Shown piece after piece: positions 46,619 to 59,095 of a DNA stretch of 64,000 nucleotides (position 1 is the stretch's first letter; the number at the start of each line of letters is the position of its first letter). A model generated the notes under the pieces. The model saw nothing but the letters and a program-made list of their open reading frames with translations. It searched no databases and was not told the DNA's origin. This stretch comes from Emiliania huxleyi CCMP1516 (lineage: Eukaryota): NCBI RefSeq assembly GCF_000372725.1, contig NW_005201421.1:248001-312000 (forward strand), read 5' to 3'. The translations under genes were made by a program, and so were the position numbers.

Positions 46619-47094
46619 TGGGCGCGCGCGCGGGAGGGGGGGGGGGGGGCGGATGCGGGTCCGATCGATTTCTTTCTCTGAGGCGCACGGCGCTTGCCGC
46701 GAGACTCGTGATCTTCCATGGAGTCTCCGTCTCGCGCACGCACTGGTGACAAGAGCGAAGAGGCCCGCCAAAGAAAGAGGCCGGCCTCGTGCGGCGGTCG
46801 GTGGCGGCGATCACGGTCGCGTTGTCCCCGAGCGAGTGCGCCGCCGCCCTGAATGCCTGAAAGCGCTCCGTGTCGAAATCGAAGAAGAGAGAGAAGAAAG
46901 AAACACACAATCGTTGTGTATAGGTAAACAAATTTCGCGGCCGATCAAGGATGTCAAATCGCGCGTCCCCGGAGTGACTTCGAAGGCAGGCGGGAGCGCG
47001 AGCCCCTTGTGCGTGCGTGTGCCCAGTGTGTGCGTGTGCGTGCAGCGTGCGTGGTGCGTTGGCGTGGAGTCGGATGGCCTCGTGCGGGGATTGG

Positions 47095-47325
47095 GAGGCA
47101 CACAGCTCGAGCCTGGCCGGCGCCCAAGAGCCATGCTTCCAAGAGGGAGCAGACGACGAGCAACGCGTGCTTGCGAATGCGCACGGGACGTCTTTGATGG
47201 ACTCGGAGGCGCGGAGCTCGAGCCTGCCCGGAACGCAATCGGGCAGCGTCCAAGAGGGAGCAGACGGCGACAGATTCATGGGTGCGAATGTGCGTTGGAT
47301 GCCTTCGCGCAGCTCGAGCCGCGTC
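47095..47325. repeat. Degenerate ~110-bp tandem duplication
   Basis: AGCTCGAGCCTG...CCAAGAGGGAGCAGACG...TGCGAATG twice plus a partial third. Confidence 0.65.
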
Positions 47326-48947
47326 GGAGGCGAGCGGGCCGGCTTTGAGGAAGATGGCGAGGAGTGGGTTCACCTGGTCTGGGCCGACGCCGACTTCCGG
47401 AACGGCGCCGCTCTTGAAGCCTTCGAAGCGGGGAGTGCGGTGGAGAGCGAGGTGCTGAAGCGAGAGCTGTCCACTCTCGAAGGACAGGCGCGTCCCTCGC
47501 CCTTTTCTGTGAGTCGCTGTCTCCTGACCTCGTCTCCGCCCGCTCCAGGTGCAATGCCTCCTGGAGGACCGCCGTCGAGCCGAGGCACAGCACGCTGCAC
47601 TCCTCCGCGCATCGCGCGAGATTGCGGCGCAAACAACGGCGAGGGCGAGGGACAGAGTCAGACATCAACGTCCCGCCACAGCACTCAGCCGTTGCTTCTC
47701 TCGTTGCGTAGGAGCTGCTCTTGCGTTCGCTCGCCTCCCTCTCCCAGCAGCCGAAAGGCGGACCCGTGCGCTTGGCCAGCATGGTGCGAGTATGACGTGT
47801 GTCTTGCGGAGGTTGGGGGCGGGAGACGACGGACGGTGGCACCCACACGGCGCGTGTCCGGTATGGTGGTTGGCAGGGCGGTGGCTGCGCCAGCGCCTTT
47901 CGCGGTCGCGGGCGACGACAAGCTCGGAGTGGAGGAGATGCGCTGAGCAGCTCTGGAGAGCCCATCGAGTCTGTTGGCTTGCACTGCGTGTTGTGTCGGC
48001 ATGTGTCTGTGTCGGTGGGACGTCCACGCGCGGAGGGGGGGCCTGGGTTTGGAGCTCACAATTCGAACAGTGGGAGGTAGGCAAAGAGAGGAAGGAGAAG
48101 GTGCTGAGTCAGGGGTGCGGCGTTCGAGATAAATGTACACTGGTCAACTACCGACACAATAACGAAAGACGCCACAGATACAATAGAGCTCACACCGCGG
48201 CGGCTCCCGCGCGACTGAGCGATTTCAACGCGCAAACGAGAATCAAACACGTGGATCACGTCTGACAGAAGGAAGAGTCCCTCATCGGCCTCAAAGATGT
48301 GCTTGCTTCGAGCCATACTGCCGCACGCTCATTTCGCAATGCTGCTCTCACAGCCAGCTGCACCATGGCGCCTTCCCACAGAATAGGCGATGCAAGCACT
48401 CGAGCCGGCAGCCACGAGGAGCACGGCGATAGCCGCCGCGCCGCTCCAATAGCGAGAGCGGTACCAGGCGTGGTCATCTTTGTTGTCTGGATTCGGGCAC
48501 GACAAGCGCTCGCTGTCGAATTCGCTCTGCCTTTCGACAAAACTCGGGCCTCGGTTGTCCTCACAGCACACGAGCAGCTCCTCCACCTTGGACAGCTCGA
48601 AGGTCACCGAGCGGGCCTGTGAGCCTGTGGTGCTGGCCCGCGTGATCGGCGGGAGCGAGGGCTCCATGTCGGCGGCAGGTCTGCCGGCTGCGGCACAATG
48701 AGCGGCCGGCGGCTCTCGTCGGGGCACCATCTCGGTGTTCCTTTTGGTTTGCCGCCGAATTGTCCTTGCGCGGCTTGATTGATTGTTCCCCCCTTCAGAA
48801 AGAAGAATTCGCGTCGGATTTCGGGGAAAAAGAAAGAAAGAAAACGGACAACCCAAGGGAGGTCAGGGGGAAGCGCGTGCAGGAATTCTTCTTCGCGCGA
48901 GAAGCTCATCGCACCCGCGAAGCCCCTCTCCTCGGTCGCCTGCCGCC

Positions 48948-49913
48948 ATGCCGCTGATCGCCGCGCTCTCGCTCGGCCTCGTCGTGCCTCGCACGCCTCC
49001 GCAGCCCACGTTTGCCCGCTGCTCGACCAGCATCAGCATGGTCGATGCCGAGGCCACTCGCGACGCGGCCACAGATGTCGGAGGTGCCGCGTCAATCGTG
49101 ACTGGCTGGCAGCAGGCGGCGCTCTCAAAGATCGCAGACCAGTGTGGCCTGACGCCCAAGGACTATGCGGACGACTTCACGGGCGTTTCGGGCTCTCCGG
49201 GCAAGATTGTCTCGTACGAGGGCCCTGGCGCGCCCAACGTGGCTTGGTGCTCCGGCCTGACTCTCTCGGGCGGCGAGGTCTCGCGAGGGGCGGTCGCCGC
49301 CTTCTGCGGCCCGCTGACGGATGTGCCGCACCTCGTCGTGAGCTGCGGCGTCTCGGACGGCGGCGTCGACCTGTACATCGACTACCGCCCGCGCGCCGAG
49401 TCTGGCTACGACCCTGCGCTCCCGACGCTGGCCGACTATCCTTCTCCAGAGACGCGGGAGGCATTCGCAGAGGGCGGCAACCGGAAGGACTTTGCGGAGG
49501 CGTACTTCACGGAGGAGGCGGAGGCGGCCAGGGCGGCGCTGCTGTCGATCGAAGGCGCCGTCGCGGCGCCGCCTCTCTCCAAGGAGGCGACTTCGGCCCT
49601 CTCCGCCGGCCCGCTGCTGGTCGACCTGAGGCTGCCGCTCACGGACCACGCGGCGAGCGCGGCGGCGGAGGCGTGCTCCGCCGCGGTGGACCGCTGGCTC
49701 GGGTGGATGGCCTCCGCCGAGGAGATGGGGCGCGGCCTCTCCGCCGGCATGCGCCAGACGGCGACCTACACGCGCGACACGAAGGTGCGCGCGAACCACT
49801 TTGGCTTCCTGCTCGGGCGGTACTCGGCCCTGTTCGGCGCCGAGGAGGGGAAGGCGCTCGCGTCGGCGGACGCGGGGCCTCTCGACGAGGCGTACGTCGG
49901 CGGCGGGAGCTAG
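48948..49913 (+). CDS. Red chlorophyll catabolite reductase-like (ferredoxin-dependent bilin reductase fold), probably plastid-targeted
   Basis: Signal/transit-like N-terminus; TDVPHL...LYIDYRPR and RDTKVR...LFGAE resemble RCCR motifs as recalled. Confidence 0.6.
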   Translation: MPLIAALSLGLVVPRTPPQPTFARCSTSISMVDAEATRDAATDVGGAASIVTGWQQAALSKIADQCGLTPKDYADDFTGVSGSPGKIVSYEGPGAPNVAWCSGLTLSGGEVSRGAVAAFCGPLTDVPHLVVSCGVSDGGVDLYIDYRPRAESGYDPALPTLADYPSPETREAFAEGGNRKDFAEAYFTEEAEAARAALLSIEGAVAAPPLSKEATSALSAGPLLVDLRLPLTDHAASAAAEACSAAVDRWLGWMASAEEMGRGLSAGMRQTATYTRDTKVRANHFGFLLGRYSALFGAEEGKALASADAGPLDEAYVGGGS

Positions 49914-50217
49914 TGGCGGGGCGCCCTTGAGCGCGAGTCGTCGCGCTCGTCCTCGCAAGCGGTCACCGCCGGCGCCGCCTTCAGCTTCTCGCCCTGGGCC
50001 AAAGGTGTGTTGAGGTCCTAGTTTCGCAGAGAATAAAGTCATAACTCGCTCTCACTCTCTCTTTCACTCTCGCCGCTGCTTTGAAAAGCGAGCACTGTCG
50101 AATCAGACCACCATGCGTGTACACCCAAACAGCCTCAGAACACACACTGCACGTGCGGCGAGACGTGTATACATCTACCGACAAGGAAGGCTGCCTCCCG
50201 CGGGGCCGCCAAGCCGG

Positions 50218-52097
50218 TCAGGCCCGGCCCGCCTGGCGGAGCGGCCGCGCGAGCCCTCCCCTCCGCGGCGCGTTCGGGAAGGCGAGCAGCAGCCAGATGA
50301 GCGCCAGCTCCGCGAAGGAGACGTCGATCGGGATCGCCATCGCCAGGCCGAGGTGGTCGTAGCAGACCTCGACCGCCTTGAGCTGCACCTGCTCCTCACC
50401 CGGAGTGAGTGAGCGGCGAGTGGCCGCACCACGCCTCGACCGCCTCGCGCCCGCGGCGCCTTTGGCAGGATGCGGCACGTGAAAGCGAGCAGCCGCTGCC
50501 TGTATAGGAAGCTTCCGAGAAGGGTCAGGGAAGGGTCAGCGAAGGGACGTGGCGGCGAGCTGCCGCTGCCGCAGCGCCGACGGCATCGCCCGCAGCTCCT
50601 TGTTGACCTCGGCTTGCCGGCCCGCAGCGACGCGCGGCCGCGGAGGCGGCGCGGCCGCGAGGTTGCCGCTGGTCGCGCGGCGGCTGAGCACCGCCGCCAG
50701 CTCGCGCACTTGCTTCCGGTCCACCGGCCGGCCCGCCGTCGCGCTCTCCGCCATCGTCACGCGGCGCGGCGGCCGGGCGGCGGCCGGGGCGGACGGGGGC
50801 GGAGGGGCGGCCGAGGGCGAGTCTGCAGCGCGGCGGAGCGGCACGCTGGAGGGCGCTGCAGCCTCCTGCGGCGCCGCCCTCCGCTTGGGCGGCGGCGTGA
50901 CGGGCCGCTGGCGCGCGTGGGTCTGGAAGGTCGTCCCCTTCTCGCGGACGACCCAGGAGCTCTTCCTGCGCATCCGGCGCGGCGGCGCGGGCAGGCCTCC
51001 GCCGCCGTCCGCCGCGTCGCCCGCGTCGCTCGTCGCGGCGGAGGAGGCCGCGCCGGCGGAGGAGGGAGGAGGGGACGCGTCTCCACTCGGCTGGTCAGTC
51101 GGCTCTCCCGCCCTGCCGAGGGCGGAGTAGAGCTGGTGCAGCACGATGGCGGCCCGCTCCTCCCTCTCCTCGAAGGGCGCCGCGCCGAGCTCCCCCATCT
51201 CCTACAGAAGACGGGCTGAACCCCGTCAGAGAGGCGCGGGCAAAGGCGGCACCGGCACCTCGGCCTCCGTCTCTCCTCGTCAGCGAGGACGAGGCGCAGC
51301 CGCGTGCAGCTCACCTGCACGTCTCCCCGCACCACCCGCACCTCGATCTTGTCCACCCGCGCCGACAGGATCCGCATCGGCAGCGGCACGCCGCACAGCA
51401 TCCGCTGCACCGCCCACTCCAGGAGCGGCGCGTCGAGCGAGACACGCTCGACCAGCATCTCTCCGCTCGGGCCGATGGTGGCGACGCCGCCCGTCAGCTT
51501 CTTGAGCACCCACGAGCCGAGGCCGTGCCACCACGCCGCCGCGGGAGGGAACGGCGCCGCCGGCGCCGGCAGCGCGCGAGCCAGCGGCAAGGAGGCTGAG
51601 GCAGCGGCCGAGGCGGTCGAGGCGAGCGACAGAGGCGGCGGCGCCGGTGTGGGGCCGTCGAGCGTCACGACGGCCGCAGCGCTGGGGCCCAGCCCCAGGA
51701 AGCCCGCCAGAAGCAGCGGCAGCCCGCTGCCGCCCGCCGAGCAGGCTGTGTCCACTGCGCGGCCCAGCGTGTCCTGCAGGTAGCCCTGCAGCATGAAGGA
51801 GCGGCGCTTTCGCCGCGACTTGGTGTGGAGCAGCAGCCGCGGGAGCGCAAACGGCGGGAGGCGCAGCGTGTGCGCGCAGAGGCTGTGCAGCGAACGGAAG
51901 TCGGAGAATCGCTTCCAAACCGTCCACTGCTCCTCGCCGACTGCCACGCTCACCTCGTACGCCACGACGCCGCCCTCGCGCCGCCACTTGCCGACCGTGA
52001 CGCGGAGCGGCGCGGAGGAGCTCGAGGGTCCCCGTGGCGGCTCCGGCGTGGGACTCCTGGGCAGACAGGCAGGGAGGGAGCCGAGCGAGCTCGCCAT
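50218..52097 (-). CDS. PX-domain protein, multi-exon
   Basis: VAYEVSV...WTVWKRFSDFRSLH...LPP...RR...LQGYLQ. Confidence 0.8.
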
Positions 52098-52189
52098 TCG
52101 CTGACGCTGGACGAGCAGGAAGGACCCACCGGTGCTTCGCTCATGCTTCGGTGTGAACAGGTTCTTGGGTGCAAAGAGCGCGGCCACAA

Positions 52190-52620
52190 GTCACAGGGCC
52201 CGCTCGTCCATGCGACCGGCAAAGGCTGGGTCAAAGAGCACAAGGGCGGCATCGCGCCGCCGACCAAGAGAATCATCCACAACTTCGCCAAAGAGGTCGG
52301 CAGCCCGAGCGCCGTCGACCGCACCGACTACGGCACAGCCTCCGGCAGCGCCCGGGGCTTTGTCCAGCACCACTCGCAACAGCTCTCGCGCGCCGCCGTC
52401 TGTGGCGACGCGCAAAACATCAACAACGCTGCTCGCAACATGCGTGTCGCGCACTCATTCATGACCGGTCTCAATGCCCCACCCCCCTGCGCGCGGGCCT
52501 TCTAGGCCCGCGGGTAGTCTCCCCCCATTCCCAGGGCCTCCAGGGCTCGCACCTCAACCTCTCACAGACCAGCGCACAGCGCCATAGGACGTATTTTCTT
52601 CTCAATAACAAGGCTGTGAA
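52190..52620 (+). mobile_element. 3' fragment of a putative CRE/RLE-type non-LTR retrotransposon
   Basis: FVQHHSQQLSRAAVCGDAQNI resembles the QRLSxAxxRGNA C-terminal motif; stop 52505; no RT domain present. Confidence 0.5.
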
Positions 52621-53956
52621 TCACGTGTGAACGGAGTTGCTCTTTGAGACCAAGTGCGCTAAATAGAGCATGAAAATCTTTCAGACGGTACCTTTCTGTC
52701 CTCCAGAGTCGAAGAACTCGACCGGTGGCCCCCTGGCCGCCAAAGTGGCTGGACGGCGCCGCGGCGCACACTGGTGGGCCGCGGAGCACACTGAGGGAGC
52801 TGTCCTCGGCGCCGTTCGGCTCCCGCGGCCTGGGTGGTGGCAGTGGCACTCCCTGAGCTCCCTGATTTTTTCTGGTATTTGTTGAGCACTCTCTGGTCAC
52901 CTTCGCCGGGCGAGCCTGGCTCTCGCTGCGCAGCGGCGCGACCTTCGGTGAGGCTGCCGATCGTCGAACTGGGCTTAGCTCTCAGTCAAGATATTGTGCT
53001 GGCCAAGAGCAGATGCGGAGCCGGCGGCGGCGGATGCCGAGGCCTATCTTGAAAAGGGCCCCGTGAGACCAGGCCTGCGGCATACTCACTCACGGCGAGT
53101 GTTGGGTGCGCAGGCCTGAGCAAGCAGCGACTGCACGCCCTCGAGCTCGAGCTTCATGGCACGCAACGCCTCTCGCAGCACGGCCGCTTCGCCACCACTC
53201 CTCTCCGCCGCAGCGAGTGCGGCGTCTCCACCTGCGACCGCAGCTGCGACACCTCTGCGGACACCGACGACGACGACTCTCGAGTTGACTCCACCGATCG
53301 CAGCTCTGCTATAGTGCGCGCTGCGATTCGGCGGTGCGCCGAAGCTTGCGCTCGCCATCGCAGATCTCGCAGGCGAGACACTGGACGCACGCGGCGACCT
53401 CCCACGAGTCCATACAGGGGGCTAGGGGCGGCAATAGGCCGCCACGGCGGTTCGGGGACGCACGTTTGGCGTTACAGATAAATCTCTCCCATCCTATTTT
53501 CGCGTTGGAGGTTTGTTGTTAGCAGATCAAGACACAGAGCTTACACAAAATCACAGCGGGAGGAAAGCGGCGAGTCGCAATTCCAGGAGTCTTTGTGGCG
53601 GGCGGGCCACCCTGTCCAGAGAGGCACAGGTGCCAATCTGGGGTCTTTCGACCGAGTCTATGAGCCCTGGCCGCCTCCCGATCATGGTGGTGGTAAGGAT
53701 CTGGCGCGCGCGCGTTGGGCGCCCATTCCGTTTGGCGGCTAGGTCGGCTCAGGGCCCCGCCCGTCCACTTCCTCCCACTTGGCGCGTGATGTGTGAATCG
53801 GGCTTCTCGAGATGTTCAAAATTCTTTCTTCCAATCTGTCCGCAGGCTGAATTCTTCATTCGCGCCCGCCATAATTTCGATCCGATGAACGCGGATGCGT
53901 AATATCGAGTTTGATGCGATGAAGAAGGCGATCGGTTCGCACGCGACAGACCGCCC

Positions 53957-54151
53957 ATGGCGGTCAGCTTGGCAGTCGGCTTGTACCTGCTTGCGCTAGG
54001 CCAGTCGGGAGGGGGCGCGGATGGTGGTGGCGGCGGCGGCGGCGCTGGTGGCGGGAGCAGCGACGAACCGGTGGCGACCATCCTACCACCGCCGCAGCCG
54101 CCGTCACTGCAGCAGCCACCCCCACCGGCAGCGGAGGGTGCTGGAGCCACG

Positions 54152-54182
<31 letters not shown>

Positions 54183-54795
54183 GCGCTGGTGGCGGGAGCA
54201 GCAACGAACCGGTGGCGACCATCCTACCACCGCCGCAGCCGCCGCCACTGCAGCAGCCACCCCCACCGGCAGCGGAGGGAGCCGCGGGCGGCGGCGGCGG
54301 TGGCGGCGGCGGCGGCGCTGGTGGCGGGAGCAGCAACGAACCGGTGGCGGCCATACAACCGCCGCAGCCGCCGCCACTGCAGCAGCCACCCCCGCCGGCA
54401 GCGGAGGGAGCCGCGGGCGGCGGCGGCGGTGGCGGCGGCGGCGGCGCTGGTGGCGGGAGCAGCAACGAACCGGTGGCGGCCATACTACCGCCGCAGCCGC
54501 CGCCACTGCAGCAGCCACCCCCGCCGGCAGCGGAGGGAGCCGCGGGCGGCGGCGGCGGTGGCGGCGGCGGCGGCGCTGGTGGTGGGAGCAGCAACGAACC
54601 AGTGGCGGCCATACAACCGCCGCAGCCGCCGCCACTGCAGCAGCCACCCCCGCTGGCAGCGGAGGGAGCCGCGAGCGGCGGTGGCGGTGGCGGCGGCGGC
54701 GGCGCTGGTGGTGGGAGCAGCGAACCGGTGGCGGCCATACTACCGCCGCAGCCGCCGCCACTGCAGCAGCCACCCCCGCTGGCAGCGGAGGGAGC

Positions 54796-54831
<36 letters not shown>

Positions 54832-55054
54832 TGGTGGTGGGAGCAGCGAACCGGTGGCGGCCATACTACCGCCGCAGCCGCCGCCACTGCAGCAGCCACC
54901 CCCGCTGGCAGCGGAGGGAGCCGCGAGCGGCGGCGGCGGTGGCGGCGGCGGTGGTGCGGGTGGCGGTGGCGGCGGGAGCAGCGACCAAACAGCTGTAGCA
55001 AAGCGAGTGGCCATATCATCGACGCCGAGAAGCGAGCCGAGCCTCCGGCGGTGA
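53957..55054 (+). CDS. Putative secreted Gly/Pro/Gln tandem-repeat protein
   Basis: Signal-like MAVSLAVGLYLLALGQS; seven ~126-141-bp units GGGGGAGGGSSNEPVAAILPPQPPPLQQPPPPAAEGAA; the opposite strand is also open. Confidence 0.5.
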
Positions 55055-55295
55055 TTCGAGCCAGGCCTCCAGCGGTGCAACCTTGCCTCCGCCAGCGCCC
55101 CATCCGTGCCGGCCGCTCTTGGCGCGGCACCCGCCGGCGCTGCTGCCGTCGGCGGCAGCACGGACGCGCGCATATGTGGCACTTGCAGACACGCCAAGTT
55201 TCTCAACCTCGATTGAGCGTTGAGTTTTTCCAGTGTCTCTCTCTCTCCAGTGTATGTAGCTTTTTGCCCTTCACGCACCCACCCAAAACGAATTC

Positions 55296-55342
55296 AGCAC
55301 TTGAGCACTGGATAGGGTCGATTCCGCATGGTACGGGACCCC
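55296..55342 (-). mobile_element. 47-bp inverted repeat, right arm
   Basis: Reverse complement of 41492-41538. Confidence 0.8.
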
Positions 55343-55751
55343 ATGAACACCCCAGTGCATGCCGTCCGCCACTTGGCTGCCATCGGCATACACGAGGAGG
55401 TATGTTGATTGATTGTTGTTAGCAGATCAAGACACAGAGCTCACAGTCTTATTTCTTGAGCTCACACACGAAGAAAGCGGCCCGAAAAGAGTGAAGAATT
55501 TTTAAGGACAACCCGCGTTTTCTTGTTGTCGCGTCAGCGTGCTGAGAGAGAGATTTGTCACTCCCTTTCTTCTCTTCTCATAAAATCGGAGGGTCGGCCC
55601 ACGGCGCAGCCTGAATTCTTCTCGGCAAGGAAACGAGGGTTGTGCGACGGCAAGGTCCGTCTGGTCTCCATTTGCTCCAAGTGCTCCAAGTCTGGTGACG
55701 GTTGTTTGCCAAGGCCAGGACAGGCTCGTCAAGCACTGCCCGAGCGCTTGC

Positions 55752-57458
55752 ATGCCGACTCCGCCTCTGTCGCCAGCCAACGAGTTAGGTGACATCGAAT
55801 CATCCGTGTCGGTGAACGCGTCCGAAGCGATGATCACAGAGGCTGCCGGCCGCAAGGTTTCACCATCCGAACCGACTCACACCCCGCCATCGACGCCAGC
55901 GACGAAACAGACGCTGGCTGTGCTGGGCGTGACGCTGGCGATGCTGCTTGCGCCAGCGCTGGTGGAGAGCGGGCGACCCGAGGTCGCGCGCGGCGCTGCG
56001 GTGCTGGGCGTCATGGCGTTGTGGTGGGTGACAGAGGTGCTGCCTCTGCCTATCACGTCGTTGCTGCCGATGGTCCTGTATCCGCTCCTCGGCGTTTGCT
56101 CCGCTTCCGAGCTGGCAAAGGTCTTCTTCGACGCCACGTCGATGCTTTTCGTGGCGGGTTTCCTGGTCGGACTGGCAGTGGAGCGGTGGGGCATGCATCG
56201 CCGCATCGCCTTCTCCGTCGTGGCTCTCGTGGGCGGCGGCGGCATGGCGGCGCTCATCGCGGGCTTCATGGGCTCGACGTGGCTGCTGTCAATGATGATC
56301 TCAAACACGGCCACCACCCTTGCTATGCTGCCTGTGGCGGATGCGTTTCTCGCCAGCCTGCCGCCCGGCACCGAGCGCTTCCAGTCGGGCTTCCTGCTGG
56401 CCATCGGCTACGCGGCGACGATCGGCGGCATCGCCACGCCCGTCGGCACCCCCACAAACGCCATCTTCCTCTCTCAGTACTCGCTCTTCTGGCCGGACGA
56501 GCCCGAGTTCTCCTTTGCGACCTTCACGCTGGCGGCGCTGCCGCTCTCCGGGTGCCTGCTCGTCGTCACGTGGCTCGCGATATGTGTACGCTTCGTCTGG
56601 CGCGCGCGCACGCCCCTCCAGGTCGACGACCTGCGGGCCTTCACGCGCTCGCGCGACGCGCTGGGCGCGTGGTCGTACGAGGAGTTGGTGCTTTGCGCAG
56701 ACCTCGGCGCCCTCATCTTGCTCTGGTTTACGGCGTCGTGGTGGAAGCCGTACGTCGCGCCCTCGCTCAACTCGGGTGCAATCGGGCTGGCAATGACGCT
56801 GCCGCTGTTTCTGGTGCCGTGCGGGCGCTCGCTGCCCGCGTCGCTGCGGCGCAGGGTGGGCGCGACGCGCTGCACGAGCGCCGCGGCGGCAGCTTACGAC
56901 AGCGTCCCAAAGGGTCTCGGGGCGGCGCCGCCGCCGCGCTGCATCCTCGATTGGGACGCGGTCAAGGCGAACTTTAAGTGGGAGATCCTCTTCATATTCG
57001 GCGGGGGGTACATGGTCGCGCATGGCACTGTGCGCTGCGGCTTAGCCGGTGTGATCGCTGACTGCCTGTGTAGTCTCGGCCTTGGCCACGCGGCGCTGCT
57101 CTTTGTCATCACGCTGGTCGTCTGCTTCGTCACTGAGGTGGTGTCCAACATGGCCACCGCAGCCATCTTTGGACCGATTGTGGTGGCAGCCGCTGCGAAG
57201 GCGGGATTCTCACCTGTGGTCATGCTGCTCTGCGTGGCGCTGTCGTCGTCGTTTGCCTTCATGCTCCCGATGGCGGGCGGGCCCAATATGACCGTCTTCT
57301 CCACCGGCCGAGTCTCCATCCGCTTCATGGCCGCGCAGGGTGTGGGGCTCAACTTGGTCGCCGTCTGCCTCGGCTGGATGTACTTCTACTACGTCATGCC
57401 CGCTCTGCTTGGCTCGGCATACACTGAGCTCAGCCTCGGATTCACCAGCACAGCGTGA
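55752..57458 (+). CDS. SLC13/DASS sodium:sulfate/dicarboxylate symporter, intronless
   Basis: WWVTEVLPLPITSLLP, ISNTAT, IGGIATPVGTPTN, TEVVSNMAT, AFMLPMAGGPN. Confidence 0.93.
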   Translation: MPTPPLSPANELGDIESSVSVNASEAMITEAAGRKVSPSEPTHTPPSTPATKQTLAVLGVTLAMLLAPALVESGRPEVARGAAVLGVMALWWVTEVLPLPITSLLPMVLYPLLGVCSASELAKVFFDATSMLFVAGFLVGLAVERWGMHRRIAFSVVALVGGGGMAALIAGFMGSTWLLSMMISNTATTLAMLPVADAFLASLPPGTERFQSGFLLAIGYAATIGGIATPVGTPTNAIFLSQYSLFWPDEPEFSFATFTLAALPLSGCLLVVTWLAICVRFVWRARTPLQVDDLRAFTRSRDALGAWSYEELVLCADLGALILLWFTASWWKPYVAPSLNSGAIGLAMTLPLFLVPCGRSLPASLRRRVGATRCTSAAAAAYDSVPKGLGAAPPPRCILDWDAVKANFKWEILFIFGGGYMVAHGTVRCGLAGVIADCLCSLGLGHAALLFVITLVVCFVTEVVSNMATAAIFGPIVVAAAAKAGFSPVVMLLCVALSSSFAFMLPMAGGPNMTVFSTGRVSIRFMAAQGVGLNLVAVCLGWMYFYYVMPALLGSAYTELSLGFTSTA

Positions 57459-57868
57459 CTAAATCTTGCTTACCTGACCGAAGAATCTGGGGCACATCTC
57501 CACACGGAGGGCACACATACACGTATGTGCACCACAAAACGAGAAAAAAGAAAAAGAAATGTGGCGCCCGCCGCCGCCGAAAAACCCCGCGCCAAGCGCC
57601 GCCCCGCCCTCGTCCCTAGAGGGCCTAGAGAGAGAGCCGTATCTAGTTTCTAGAGGGGCTTCCATGGGGGCTTCCTTCCGTCCTGGCTTGGCGTCCCCTG
57701 GCTCCTGCCGAGACTCTGTGGGCGTGCACCAGCCACCACGTGTGCCCTCCTGTCGTCGTCTAGAGAGGTGGAGACGCAAGGGTCGCCCCCCTCCGCCCAA
57801 GTGTGTGGAGAAGTTTACCTTACCTTACCTTGCCTGCCCTCCGACTCACCGACGTTCGCTCCTCGCTG

Positions 57869-58913
57869 CTAGCCGCCCAACGCAGCCATCTCTCGCTCGC
57901 AACGGGTGCAGAGGCACCAGAAGCCGAGCTCGCGCTCGAGGCGCTCGCGCCGCTGCCGCACGGCCGCCGCCGCCAGCCACGCCTCGTCGAGGTAGGAGAA
58001 CGAGATCGCCTCGCCCGCTTCGATCGGCCGCCTCGCCACTACCTCGAGGGCCGCGCCGCCGCCGGCGCGGCGGACGCACACGCTCGCGTTGGGCGCGCAA
58101 GAGTGCTCGAGCAGGCAGGCGGCGCTGTAGATGCCGACGCTGCGCTCGTCGATCGTGAAGAGGTTCGTCTGCAGCCGCAGCAGCAGCTGTGAGCAGCGCG
58201 GGGCGTGAGGACGGCCGCGTGTGCGAAGGTAGGACCCCGGACGAGATTAGCCGAGATAAACCTCCGCCACGACGCCCTCGGCCAGCGGCACGTGCCGCGC
58301 AAACAGCCGCGCAAAGTCGCGCGTGCTACGGGAGAGCGCCTCCTCCTCCTCGCCCGCCTCCTGCACCTCGCCGCCGCAGCTCGCCGCCGGCTCGAGGTGC
58401 GATAGCAGCCAACGGCAAAGTGATGGGGCGGCGGCAGCCTAAGGAGCGTGCGCCGCACGTGTCTGTGTGCGTGGCCCGCCGGCGTACGCGGCGGCGGCCT
58501 CGGTGGCCGGCCGCCACCTGCGCAACCATGGCGAAGAGGCTGCACACGCGCACTCCATTCTCCCTCTCGCCGCCCCGCATCGTCGCCGCCTTCGCACTCG
58601 CACCGCGGTGCCACTCCCTCGCCGCCGCGGGCACGGCCGGCCAGCGGCACCCGGACGGCTCTCCTGAGCAGCCTCCAGTGCGTTCGCCGCAGCCTGGGCA
58701 GCGGTCGACAGCACAGCCGCCTCGCAGCACCGGTGCCTCTGTTAGGACTATTTCGCCAGCGCGAAGATGCCGAGTGGCTAGTGTCCTGCGGCCGACTGTG
58801 CCGCCGTCCGTCACGCACACTGGCGTGCAGCAGTAGGATGCGTGGCGTCGGCGCCAGAAGCTGCGGGCGTTACGGGTGCGGTGAACCGAGGCCGGGGAGC
58901 CACCTGCTGCCAT
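57869..58913 (-). CDS. SET-domain (SMYD-like) lysine methyltransferase, multi-exon
   Basis: GRRTLATRHLRAGEIVLTEAP; LLEHSCAPNA; RPIEAGEAISFSYL; post-SET FWCLCTRC. Confidence 0.85.
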
Positions 58914-59095
58914 CGATCGCGGACAGACAGAAAAGAATTTTCCAAATCACAAAACTTCTCCAAACCCTGCGCCGAAAGGCGAAAGAAGCCGAGAGAACAA
59001 GGGAACGGCAGGCGGCGGCGGCGCAGGACGAGGCAGAAGAGAATGACGCGACAGAGGAGGAAGTGACAAGGGAGAGAACGACGAGAGTGGGACGG

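Noticed and set aside
53086..53358. Short coiled-coil-like ORF
   Set aside because: Too fragmentary to support a gene call.
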